DNA of 64,000 bases from a phage. The notes under the pieces were generated by a model, which saw only the letters and a list, made by a program, of their open reading frames with translations, made no database searches and was not told where the DNA came from. The position numbers were made by a program, and so were the translations under genes. Positions 47,980 through 56,537 of the stretch are shown piece by piece; positions within the stretch are counted from its first letter, which is position 1; each line of letters begins with the position of its first letter. The stretch lies in the sequence record NC_103192.1, one strand, 5' to 3'.

Positions 47980-48360
47980 TTATGACACTTTGACGTAGCG
48001 CTCTGACAGAGCTGGAAAGCCAAAAGCAGTACCTATACTACCGTATGCTACCCACCATTGAAGTTCATCGTGACACCATTTTCCGATCAGGAAGGTGCTG
48101 GGGTAGCGGGTCAGTATTTTGGCATAAGCTTTAGGATCTGCATCCTCTGGGATAATGATACTTGGAACATCTTTGTTATGACCACAGCAGCAGTTTAGAG
48201 TTTTCAATCCTGCCGCCCATAGACTCATGATAGGCTTAGCCATGCACTTATCAAGGCACACACGTTTTTTGCCGTCACGGAGCTTTTTAGGCACATCAAC
48301 GATAACATTTTGATGCTTGGCACCTTTCACTTTCCAATTATAGGATTTACACTTGCACAT
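47980..48360 (-). CDS. Cys-rich hypothetical protein
   Basis: 126 aa with CKCK...C.DKC...CCCGH motifs suggesting metal binding; GGAGA RBS. Confidence 0.45.
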   Translation of the reverse strand: MCKCKSYNWKVKGAKHQNVIVDVPKKLRDGKKRVCLDKCMAKPIMSLWAAGLKTLNCCCGHNKDVPSIIIPEDADPKAYAKILTRYPSTFLIGKWCHDELQWWVAYGSIGTAFGFPALSERYVKVS

Positions 48361-48518
48361 TTAATCAGTCTCCATCTAGAAAGCAATACTTTACTTAAAG
48401 TCTTTATCACCTGCCACGATTGCATGAATCCACTCATTGTGATGCTCAATAGCGGTGAGATGTAACATGATGTAGTGATCGTCATTGCCAAACATGATAT
48501 GATAGGCTTTGGCAGCAT
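48327..48518 (-). CDS. possible small ORF overlapping the previous gene's 5' end
   Basis: ATG with GGAAG RBS but 34-nt overlap and no recognisable features. Confidence 0.2.
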   Translation of the reverse strand: MLPKPIISCLAMTITTSCYISPLLSITMSGFMQSWQVIKTLSKVLLSRWRLIKCASVNPIIGK

Positions 48519-48566
48519 TTTGATATAACTTCCACATCAGGTAATGATATCTTCGCCTCATGGCTC

Positions 48567-49031
48567 TTACTCCGGTTCAGGATCTGGGTAATCTTCGATA
48601 ATAAAGGGCCATCCGTTCCGCTTAGCCGCAGACTTATACTCGATCTCCTTCATTGCAAACTCTAACTGATTCTTAGCCGGAATACATGCCGGAGAATCAT
48701 CAATCCAGATATCTGGGTAGATATCAAACTGCGCCAGATAGGCTGCCTTCTGGACACCACCAGTATAAAACACACCAACATCGAGATCCTTACGCCAATA
48801 CTCAATGTCTACATTATCTTGAGTAATGAATCGGAAAGTCACAAGGTATACTGTCCACCCTTCCTTTTTCAAGTCCCTAATCAGGCGGGAGAAGATGAAA
48901 GGACTCGCATTAAATGTTCCATCAAAGTCAATGGCAATGATGTGTGTGCCGTGGCGTGTCTCATATGGATTGCTTGTGGTAAGATTGCTGTAGTTAAAAG
49001 GAACTTCTTCCCCGCAGTAGCTGTAGTCCAT
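48567..49031 (-). CDS. HAD-superfamily phosphatase (nucleotidase-like)
   Basis: motif I IAIDFDGTF (DxDGT) and later WIDDS; ATG 49031 with GAAGGTG RBS (track start 49037 is GTG). Confidence 0.5.
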   Translation of the reverse strand: MDYSYCGEEVPFNYSNLTTSNPYETRHGTHIIAIDFDGTFNASPFIFSRLIRDLKKEGWTVYLVTFRFITQDNVDIEYWRKDLDVGVFYTGGVQKAAYLAQFDIYPDIWIDDSPACIPAKNQLEFAMKEIEYKSAAKRNGWPFIIEDYPDPEPE

Positions 49032-49033
49032 AT

Positions 49034-49309
49034 TCACACCTTCTCGTTGATAAATTTACGGGCGGTTTGGTGAGTTGTTTCTGCTGTCTTCAGAATGATA
49101 TTAATCTTATTGTCAAGATCATTCATCTCTGCAGTTAATTCAGGAATCTCTCCGGCATGCATAGTGAAATCATACATAGACATGCCCAGAATCTCATTGA
49201 TTCGGCGGTTGCATTCTGCAGCACGCTGGTTCATTTTCCAAGCTAACACCAGAGCCTCTTGCGTAGCCTCCAGTGCAAAGTCTAATACGTCAGCTTCTTC
49301 TTTCGTCAT
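49034..49309 (-). CDS. hypothetical small helical protein
   Basis: 91 aa. Confidence 0.4.
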   Translation of the reverse strand: MTKEEADVLDFALEATQEALVLAWKMNQRAAECNRRINEILGMSMYDFTMHAGEIPELTAEMNDLDNKINIILKTAETTHQTARKFINEKV

Positions 49310-49364
49310 CTCAGTCTCTCTTGTTGTATTGTTGGTAGGTGCATGAACACCTTATATCTCACTT

Positions 49365-49931
49365 TTATTCAAACTGCAATAGCAAGTCCACCACCGCACT
49401 AGGCCTGTCAACAAATTCCCCAGGCCCACATGCCCATAGAGGGTATCCATCAACATACCGCCATATCCAACCTGCAGTGTGAAGCTCAAGCAGGGCAGTG
49501 CCGTCCTTACTGTCAACCACCCTTTCCCACAGTGTTGGGCAGCGAAGCTTGAGAATCGGGTCCCCGCCCTTATACCCGTCCATGTAGATACCCATTGCAA
49601 AGTTCAGCATCATCTTTTTGTGCACTGATCTTTTACTGAGGGTGCTCATCACTTCCTCTTTGTGAATGTTTGTAAGCTTCTCTTTGGCTACCCGCAGATC
49701 ATTGCAACCATTGTTCAGCAGATCTTCCAGACACTTGATCCGAAGGTCGTGAATGTCTTTGTCGTGTACCGTTGGCACAGGGTCGTAGCGGTATAGCACT
49801 GTTGATACAAGGTTGCTCGGGTGTGGGTCTGACAGCAACCCATAACCCCAATACTCCTCTGTATCTGAAAGGACAAGACACCCAATGTCTCTGTCAAGCT
49901 TTCCTGTGTTGTAAGCCACATTGACCGCCAT
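49365..49931 (-). CDS. hypothetical protein
   Basis: 188 aa, GGAG RBS; no motif recognised. Confidence 0.45.
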   Translation of the reverse strand: MAVNVAYNTGKLDRDIGCLVLSDTEEYWGYGLLSDPHPSNLVSTVLYRYDPVPTVHDKDIHDLRIKCLEDLLNNGCNDLRVAKEKLTNIHKEEVMSTLSKRSVHKKMMLNFAMGIYMDGYKGGDPILKLRCPTLWERVVDSKDGTALLELHTAGWIWRYVDGYPLWACGPGEFVDRPSAVVDLLLQFE

Positions 49932-49933
49932 GA

Positions 49934-50179
49934 CTATAGCTCCACTAGCAAAGTGCTTTCAAAGTGCCGTTCATGCAAACCATTGTAAGGGACCACTTCT
50001 ACAACGCCATCACGGACATATGGGGCCATCATAGTGGTATAATCTCCAAACGGGTTGGTATTGTCACTAACCACAACCACCTTCTGCCCTTCCTTGGCAG
50101 AGTGCCAAATAGATCTGCACTTCATCAGGTGTTCGAGAGCTCCAGGTAAAATTTTGTTACGTTCTTTACGAGTCTTCAT
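49934..50179 (-). CDS. hypothetical protein
   Basis: 81 aa, AAGGAG RBS; start overlaps upstream stop (ATGA). Confidence 0.4.
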   Translation of the reverse strand: MKTRKERNKILPGALEHLMKCRSIWHSAKEGQKVVVVSDNTNPFGDYTTMMAPYVRDGVVEVVPYNGLHERHFESTLLVEL

Positions 50180-50625
50180 AACAGGTATAGCTCCTTATGA
50201 AAGTGATCTTTTAATTTCTCACTGAGAAACTTCTTGATACCTTCCTCTAAAGTGTTTTCGATGTAGTCCAGCTTAACTGCTTCGATGGACATATCATAGA
50301 TCGCCAGCTCTAAGCTGTCAAGTCCCATCATAGCATGAACCATAAGATTTTCATCTTCAGATACATTCAGGGGGCTTCCTATAACATCTGGAGGCAGAAT
50401 AGTTTCCCAATTATTCTGGGTGGTAGTTCTCCCTCCCTCTACTTTACGGCGCAGTTCGAATGTGTTCTTAGTGTAGAACACTTCATAAGAAACGATACGA
50501 CTGTCGCTCTCATAATAAACGAAGTTCAGGTAGGAGCCTAGCCGCAGTCGGCAAACTTCCACCCCAAACCATTGTTTCTTATAAGAATTCAGGCTAATGC
50601 TGTCGCATTCACGTTTGCTCAACAC
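50176..50625 (-). CDS. hypothetical protein
   Basis: 149 aa, GTG start with AAGGAGAG RBS. Confidence 0.4.
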   Translation of the reverse strand: MLSKRECDSISLNSYKKQWFGVEVCRLRLGSYLNFVYYESDSRIVSYEVFYTKNTFELRRKVEGGRTTTQNNWETILPPDVIGSPLNVSEDENLMVHAMMGLDSLELAIYDMSIEAVKLDYIENTLEEGIKKFLSEKLKDHFHKELYLL

Positions 50626-50641
50626 GGCTCTCTCCTTCTTG

Positions 50642-50875
50642 TTAATCTTCGTAAATAATGATTTCTGCTTTAGGTTTTCGTGCTTTCAGGTCCAGCTCTA
50701 TCCAGTGCACCATCGCTGTTTCAAGAAAAACAGCCTGGATGCATCCGTCTTCAGCGTGCCCTACCAGCATAACAAGATCTTCACATTCATCATCTGCATC
50801 ACGGACATACAAGATCTCTCCAGATTCAAAGTCTTTCACAACCTGATTGCTGGATAATTTACGAATTTTTGCCAT
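50642..50875 (-). CDS. hypothetical acidic protein
   Basis: 77 aa, GAGGG RBS. Confidence 0.4.
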   Translation of the reverse strand: MAKIRKLSSNQVVKDFESGEILYVRDADDECEDLVMLVGHAEDGCIQAVFLETAMVHWIELDLKARKPKAEIIIYED

Positions 50876-50876
50876 A

Positions 50877-51140
50877 TCAGAAACCCTCTAAAAAGCTCTT
50901 GTAGAAAATAATCTCAGTATCCACACCAGTCACGATCTTGTCGTTCCAGATTTCATCTGTAAGATAGGTGTCAAAACGCAGCACCTGTGTGGTATTGTCA
51001 CACATCCACTCGGCTGTGACCATGGCAAAAATCTTGGCATCTTCATTATCTGGTGTGAATGTTACCACCTCGCCGCACTTAAACTTTTCGATAGGTTGAG
51101 TGTTAGCTTTCGGTTCTGCGATAGTGATTTTCGTGGTCAT
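50877..51140 (-). CDS. hypothetical protein
   Basis: 87 aa; TAATG overlap with upstream gene. Confidence 0.4.
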   Translation of the reverse strand: MTTKITIAEPKANTQPIEKFKCGEVVTFTPDNEDAKIFAMVTAEWMCDNTTQVLRFDTYLTDEIWNDKIVTGVDTEIIFYKSFLEGF

Positions 51141-51397
51141 TACTCTTCCTCCATAGTTTCACCAAATACTTCGATACGAGCATCGAGCTCGGTTGCTTTC
51201 AGCTCACCAACAAAATCTTTTAGTTCTTTCTCGTCCAGATCGTAAGCCCACACACAAGAAGAACATGCAGATTTCACAATCAGCAGCGTAGATACACGAC
51301 CTGACTCCGTGATCATGCTCACAATGGTTCCTACAGGGAACGTGTTGATAGCTTTTTTAACTGGGCGTTCAGCTTTGATTACTACCTCTGTTGCCAT
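51140..51397 (-). CDS. hypothetical protein
   Basis: ATG at 51397 with GAGAGGA RBS preferred over track start 51406. Confidence 0.4.
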   Translation of the reverse strand: MATEVVIKAERPVKKAINTFPVGTIVSMITESGRVSTLLIVKSACSSCVWAYDLDEKELKDFVGELKATELDARIEVFGETMEEE

Positions 51398-51412
51398 AAA
51401 TAACATCCTCTC

Positions 51413-52873
51413 TTATTTAGCGTACCCGATCAATTCTACAGTTTTCCCAAAGCTTGGGATATAATTTTTATTATACCCTTCGGTGAGAACCCATAAAGTA
51501 TCGTACTTTTTCCACTTGTTGTCAACAACCTTTTGTTCAAAGTTGTGCTCAAAGTAGAGGTCGGTCAGGACGATGACATCTTTTGCATTTGGTATGTTAG
51601 CGTCCAGATACTCGAACACGCAAGCGGCTGTTGTGCCCCATGTTGAGTGGACCTCGTAGTTGATCATCTCGTCGATGTTCCCGCGAGTGTATACTTTAAC
51701 CTCTCCAACCTCAGTTGACCAACAGAACATCGTAACCTTGAACTCTTTATACAGATTGCACAACCCAGTGATCTCATTGAACATTTTCTTTAAAGTTCTT
51801 TGTGAGATCGATCCAGAAACGTCTAAAGCCACCACAATATCTATAGTGTTTTCCGGATTACGACCAGGAACAACAACGTGCTGATTCTTGTTTATAGCTC
51901 CAACTTTTCGCATTGTGCTGGTCAAAGACCCAGATCGGCGACCAGGTTTTCTGTAGGTTAGTTCAGCCTTTCGTTTAGACAGCATACGTTGCTTAATGAT
52001 GTCTATATAATTGATTACAGGCTTGCCTCTGTTTTTGACAAACTCGCGCACAGCCTCAGGGCAACGACCTCCGGAAGCTTGCATTGCTGCTTCCAACATG
52101 TCACCAGAGTCCTGCATGGCCTGATCTTTATCAGATTGACTGATCACGGGTTGTGGCTGATCATACCCCATAGCCTTTCCAAGATCGTCACTTGTGCCAC
52201 CGTTCCCACTCATGTGATCATCGGTTTGTCGTTTATCTCCTTGAGAGTTCTCGCCTTTACCGTTCTTACTTTTACCACTATTCTGATCTCTTTGCTTATC
52301 AAGAACTGCATAGACGTTCTCAGCAATCCATCCATGGAACCTCATGTCACAGTAGCAACTAGCTAAGAAGCCAAAAGGCTTACCTTTTACGAACGTAGTG
52401 CTTTTCCCCTTCGGAAAGAAAACACAAGGGGGCTTGCTAAAGTCAACCACAAGACCTGTGTTGATAACATGATCACAGGCAATATTGAACAGTTCCGGCT
52501 CAAAGCTTTTACCACGGACCAGATGATCGCAGATAATATGCCCCACTTCATGCGATAGAAGAAAGGCCACCTCTTTCACAGATTTGGGGGAATAGAAAAC
52601 CTCAGCCATCTCAAACTGCTCGTCAGTCAGAGATGCTTTAAGAATGGTTTTGCGCTCATCAGCCAGTCCCATAATGAACTCGGGACTGTAATAAATGCGT
52701 TTATGGTCTGTTGCCATGGTGGAGCACCATGTGTGGTTTTCTACGAACTGCAGCCCTGACAATAGTGTGCCATAAAACGGCAGTTTTTCAAGAAGATACA
52801 TGCGTGCTGCCTGCAGCATTCGCAAGGCGTCATCTTTTTGTGCGGCAATGATTTCTGAACTTCTGCTATCCAT
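51413..52873 (-). CDS. VWA-domain protein with N-terminal HExxH metallopeptidase-like domain
   Basis: zinc motif SHEVGHIICDH; C-terminal MIDAS-like VVALDVSGSIS; ATG 52873 with GGAG RBS (track start 52894 is TTG inside a hairpin). Confidence 0.6.
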   Translation of the reverse strand: MDSRSSEIIAAQKDDALRMLQAARMYLLEKLPFYGTLLSGLQFVENHTWCSTMATDHKRIYYSPEFIMGLADERKTILKASLTDEQFEMAEVFYSPKSVKEVAFLLSHEVGHIICDHLVRGKSFEPELFNIACDHVINTGLVVDFSKPPCVFFPKGKSTTFVKGKPFGFLASCYCDMRFHGWIAENVYAVLDKQRDQNSGKSKNGKGENSQGDKRQTDDHMSGNGGTSDDLGKAMGYDQPQPVISQSDKDQAMQDSGDMLEAAMQASGGRCPEAVREFVKNRGKPVINYIDIIKQRMLSKRKAELTYRKPGRRSGSLTSTMRKVGAINKNQHVVVPGRNPENTIDIVVALDVSGSISQRTLKKMFNEITGLCNLYKEFKVTMFCWSTEVGEVKVYTRGNIDEMINYEVHSTWGTTAACVFEYLDANIPNAKDVIVLTDLYFEHNFEQKVVDNKWKKYDTLWVLTEGYNKNYIPSFGKTVELIGYAK

Positions 52874-52885
52874 TAAAACTCCAGA

Positions 52886-52902
52886 AGGGGCCAACGGCCC
52901 CT
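52886..52902 (-). terminator. hairpin between minus-strand genes (partial terminator/processing site)
   Basis: AGGGGCC-AAC-GGCCCCT inverted repeat with U-run downstream on the minus strand. Confidence 0.35.
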
Positions 52903-52906
52903 GTCA

Positions 52907-53896
52907 TTATTTAACGTGCTTGAAAATACCAGCCAACTCGGTCATTGTCATGCGAGTGGTCTTCATAAGGTCTGTCATAGCCTTCTCCATAATTGGAGAT
53001 ACTACCATAAAGTTACCTTTGGTGAAACCTTTATTCCAGTCGGTCACTAATAACGGTTTAAGTCCTGCCCCGAAACGCTCACCAGTTAAAGCACAGCATT
53101 TTCGAATGTACGTGCTCTTAAATTGGCTGAATGACAGATCAACTTTCATACCTGCATCGTAGAACGTCTGGCAATAGAAAGTGTAGGCTTTAGCAATCTC
53201 AACATCGTCAGGCAGTGCAGGAACCTCTTCTGTAAGCCCTTCTTCGACCTTTTGAGGCTCTTTTTCCTCTTCGTGAGCCTGTTGCGTCATTTCTTCAATC
53301 TCTTCTGTTACAGGCTCATTTACGATGTCAGAAATGTGCTTGTTGGCTTCACGATTAGCCATGAAGTTTTTAAAATCCTGCATTGGTGACATATCTTCCT
53401 CCCATTCTTCGTCAAAGAGTGCCAGTTTATCCTCTTCCGTTCCATATTGCAAGATGAAATCTTCAAAAGTGTAATCACCTTTCAATTTCTCCATGCGCTC
53501 TTCGCTCAGGTGAAGCATCATCTGCTGGACAATTTTTCGATCAGTTTTGTCTTTAATCAAGACTGCGGTCTTTTTATCTACCAGACAGTCCTTCAGGGAG
53601 TTGCACCTTAACCCAACCACACAACAGTTATCAATTGCGTAAGGACCTTCATCATCTATCCGCTCTAAGGATGGATAGAAAGGATTGCCCAACCCGTTTT
53701 CATCTGTGTGCATGTCAAAAGGTATAAGGGTATAGTCGCACACCCCCTCTCCTAAAAGTTTTTTACCAAATAGGAGGTATTCTTCCCATGACAGGTTGAA
53801 CTCTATATCTCGTTTCCGTGCATTATTTTGTTTGCGTCTGTATTTTTTGAGCAGGCGCTCTAACTCTTCTGGTGTATAATATTTTTCAAGATTCAT
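52907..53896 (-). CDS. HNH-like nuclease-domain protein (two Cys-rich modules, acidic linker)
   Basis: segment GVCDYT...HTDENG...SLERIDDEGPYAIDNCCVVGLRCNSLK fits an HNH-like C...N...CxxCN..K pattern; second Cys module near C-terminus; ATG 53896 preferred (53962 is TTG without RBS). Confidence 0.4.
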   Translation of the reverse strand: MNLEKYYTPEELERLLKKYRRKQNNARKRDIEFNLSWEEYLLFGKKLLGEGVCDYTLIPFDMHTDENGLGNPFYPSLERIDDEGPYAIDNCCVVGLRCNSLKDCLVDKKTAVLIKDKTDRKIVQQMMLHLSEERMEKLKGDYTFEDFILQYGTEEDKLALFDEEWEEDMSPMQDFKNFMANREANKHISDIVNEPVTEEIEEMTQQAHEEEKEPQKVEEGLTEEVPALPDDVEIAKAYTFYCQTFYDAGMKVDLSFSQFKSTYIRKCCALTGERFGAGLKPLLVTDWNKGFTKGNFMVVSPIMEKAMTDLMKTTRMTMTELAGIFKHVK

Positions 53897-53927
53897 AAGT
53901 CGTCTCTTGTGCTTTGTAGGTGAAGAA

Positions 53928-53956
53928 ATCTTATCAAGTGCCTCAACAGATGTCAA
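53928..53956 (-). promoter_or_regulatory. leftward promoter TTGACA-17-TAAGAT
   Basis: -35 is reverse complement of 53951-53956, -10 is reverse complement of 53928-53933. Confidence 0.5.
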
Positions 53957-53969
53957 CCTCAAAAACGTG

Positions 53970-53998
53970 TTGACTTTACTCTAAATCCACGATATAGT
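53970..53998 (+). promoter_or_regulatory. rightward promoter TTGACT-17-TATAGT
   Basis: -35 at 53970-53975, -10 at 53993-53998. Confidence 0.5.
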
Positions 53999-54038
53999 GC
54001 ACCCATTCTAAAGAAAACGAACACAGGATCACTTAATC

Positions 54039-54938
54039 ATGTCAAATCTTAACAGCTTTAGCACTCGGTGGAAACAAGATATCACAACCAATCTCTCAGC
54101 AGGGGATATCCTTTCTGCAATTTACGAGGCCTTGGATGATAAAGCTACTTCAAAATCGGTCTGTACCAACCCGCTAATTCCTATAGTAATGAAGGTGATT
54201 GAACGTAGGTTGGTATCCGGATCTGATAAGTGGACATATCTGGATAATGGAGGCCACACTTACTCCAACGGATATGTTGATATAAAAGTGGAATACGCAG
54301 TATCATATCGCCGGAGCGGCTCTGTAACTTTCAACTTCTCTGGTGGTTTCCGATCTCTGGCAACTTCACCTTTTGTTTCCTCAGAGGAGAAGTTTGAACT
54401 TCCGTTCCTTTGGATGATGGCTAACGCGACAGGCAAAACCCCTGTAAGCATTCGCGTAAAATACAACTACAACGGATCTAGTAAGATCTATGCCGAGAGT
54501 GTCTCAGCAAGTTTTTATTTTGTGATGGGAGATGGAATCCTCAAACATATAAAGATGTGTGATATGCATGATGTTATAAATGAAGTAACTGATAAGAATG
54601 TTCTAGTAAAAGACCTCAACAATTTTTATACACCTGGAGACTATTACGTCAACCGTCCACTGTGCATCTTTAATGCCGCACACCCTTTAGGTGAGTATTT
54701 GATCGCCAATAGCGATATTGCCAATAACCGCTTCGAGGTAGCAAGAGTACAGAATGAGGTGTTGACATCTTGCAAGAGTGGTGATAAGTTTACCGAAGAA
54801 GAGATGAGTGTTTTAGAAATGATGGGATATAAGTGTAGCCTTTGGGTAGATGAGGTGTTTAATGACGGCATCTATGGACAGGATATTTACCCGTTAAAGA
54901 AGTATACTGATTCCAGTTTAATTTACGCGGAGATTTGA
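54039..54938 (+). CDS. hypothetical protein
   Basis: 299 aa, first gene of the rightward operon. Confidence 0.45.
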   Translation: MSNLNSFSTRWKQDITTNLSAGDILSAIYEALDDKATSKSVCTNPLIPIVMKVIERRLVSGSDKWTYLDNGGHTYSNGYVDIKVEYAVSYRRSGSVTFNFSGGFRSLATSPFVSSEEKFELPFLWMMANATGKTPVSIRVKYNYNGSSKIYAESVSASFYFVMGDGILKHIKMCDMHDVINEVTDKNVLVKDLNNFYTPGDYYVNRPLCIFNAAHPLGEYLIANSDIANNRFEVARVQNEVLTSCKSGDKFTEEEMSVLEMMGYKCSLWVDEVFNDGIYGQDIYPLKKYTDSSLIYAEI

Positions 54939-54940
54939 CT

Positions 54941-55213
54941 ATGATGAAGTCATGTGGTAGTGTATATTATGTTGGTGAGGATGTTCAGGCAGATAGTGTG
55001 TGGAAATCCATTAAGTCCACCACCGACGATGCCTTCTTGAGCGGGTTATGTTTCCCCAATCCAGGAGACATTCTCCCTCACCCTGGAGATTTTGTTGTCA
55101 ACAAGACGGACGGTTATACCGTGTGCCTGATGGTTGAAAAAATCTTTTTAGACACTAGACACAATCACCGTCTTGTGCTAAAATTTCAAGAATGTAAAAT
55201 GACAGTTGCCTAA
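54941..55213 (+). CDS. hypothetical protein
   Basis: ATG 54941 with GGAGA RBS (track start 54935 is TTG). Confidence 0.35.
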   Translation: MMKSCGSVYYVGEDVQADSVWKSIKSTTDDAFLSGLCFPNPGDILPHPGDFVVNKTDGYTVCLMVEKIFLDTRHNHRLVLKFQECKMTVA

Positions 55214-55226
55214 GGAGGCCTTACCG

Positions 55227-55583
55227 ATGTCCAAAGTTACTTATCGTGCAGCTATTTACTGCAATGAACAACCAATCAATAATGACGGTCACTGCCTTTT
55301 TAAAGAAAATCAGTTGGGCTGTATTGTCCTCCCTGATGAAGGGGAAGGTTATCTGATTGCATTGACAGGGTTTGAGCCTGAAGCCTTGGAAGCCAATCTG
55401 GACTACCTGGTAGAGAAGGGTGCTGCAGACCTGGTTGCCAATGGCCTCTCCATAAGCCTTGAAGAAGTGGAGCGCTTCATGGGCAATTACCGTGTAGTGC
55501 GTGAGTTTACTGTCGAGGTGGAAACTCCAGAGTGGGGTAGCACTGAAACTAATGCTGAAGAAAAAGAAGAGGAGGTAGAATAA
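55227..55583 (+). CDS. hypothetical acidic protein
   Basis: ATG 55227, 8 nt after TAAGGAGG. Confidence 0.4.
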   Translation: MSKVTYRAAIYCNEQPINNDGHCLFKENQLGCIVLPDEGEGYLIALTGFEPEALEANLDYLVEKGAADLVANGLSISLEEVERFMGNYRVVREFTVEVETPEWGSTETNAEEKEEEVE

Positions 55584-55840
55584 TGAAAGTGCAAATCTTG
55601 ACTAATGCCGAGAAGATGTTTATCGAAGATACGCCTTTTGAAACTGGTGAGCTACAGTTTGTATATTTTGTTGACTTAGATAAGGTTTTTCCTGCGCTGA
55701 ATCTGGGTTTGGAGAAAGTACCTTATAAAACTCTATGCCAGGTTGTCCGTGCCTTAGCGGCAGATGGGGAGTTCCGCACCCTTGAAGATATCCAGACCTG
55801 TGGGTATCTTGAACTGCAACGAGAAGAAGAGGTGGACTGA
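55583..55840 (+). CDS. hypothetical protein
   Basis: 85 aa, GGAGG RBS, TAATG coupling. Confidence 0.4.
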   Translation: MKVQILTNAEKMFIEDTPFETGELQFVYFVDLDKVFPALNLGLEKVPYKTLCQVVRALAADGEFRTLEDIQTCGYLELQREEEVD

Positions 55841-55842
55841 TA

Positions 55843-56223
55843 ATGGCCCAGTGGAAGACAACAGTTGACCTTCATGATCAGTGGTTAGGACGCATCACCG
55901 AAGACGGGAAACTAGTGGAGTGGGACAACAAGCATGTTAGCGAGTTGGCAAGCATTGTGGCTGGTAAATTACGCTCCAAGTTCCCTGAACAACTGGATCC
56001 TGATAGTTCAAAGTTCGATCCTGAGTTGGAGGATGTTGTATACTACTTCGACACCGTTGATGACTACGACGCGTGGTTTGCAGCACGGGAGCTTTACCCA
56101 CAAGGCTCTGCTATGCGCCAGATGGAAGAAGATTATCCTCCGTGTGAGCAATTCAATAGTGCAATGACTTGCCTCTATGATTGGGCAGATAAGAACCTTG
56201 TCTGGATTCGGACTGCATTTTAG
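55843..56223 (+). CDS. hypothetical acidic protein
   Basis: 126 aa, GAGGTGG RBS. Confidence 0.4.
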   Translation: MAQWKTTVDLHDQWLGRITEDGKLVEWDNKHVSELASIVAGKLRSKFPEQLDPDSSKFDPELEDVVYYFDTVDDYDAWFAARELYPQGSAMRQMEEDYPPCEQFNSAMTCLYDWADKNLVWIRTAF

Positions 56224-56267
56224 TGGGCAGGAATGGCGGCAAGGATGCTGCTTAAGGAGTAGTAGAG

Positions 56268-56537
56268 ATGTTATACCAGCAATATGAACTTCGTGCAGAA
56301 AAAGAGTTAAATTTTGACAAAGATATTCACAGATATTATTATGGGAAAGTTAGAGGGCAAGCAAGAAAGTGTACTCCAACACTCTTTTATGCCAGCAGAC
56401 GACTAGCGCCAGAAGAGGCAACAGCAGAAAGGGTTGCATATGGCTGGAGAGTTGCGTATGATATTGACAGATCCGATGTGATGTCTGTTTTGGAAAACTT
56501 TGAAAACACTTACACACAAGTAGAGGACTTTTACTAA
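56268..56537 (+). CDS. hypothetical protein
   Basis: 89 aa, AAGGAG RBS. Confidence 0.4.
   Translation: MLYQQYELRAEKELNFDKDIHRYYYGKVRGQARKCTPTLFYASRRLAPEEATAERVAYGWRVAYDIDRSDVMSVLENFENTYTQVEDFY

Noticed and set aside
52874-52894. TTG-initiated extension of the VWA protein
   Set aside because: TTG lies inside the inter-genic hairpin; ATG at 52873 has a GGAG RBS at proper spacing.
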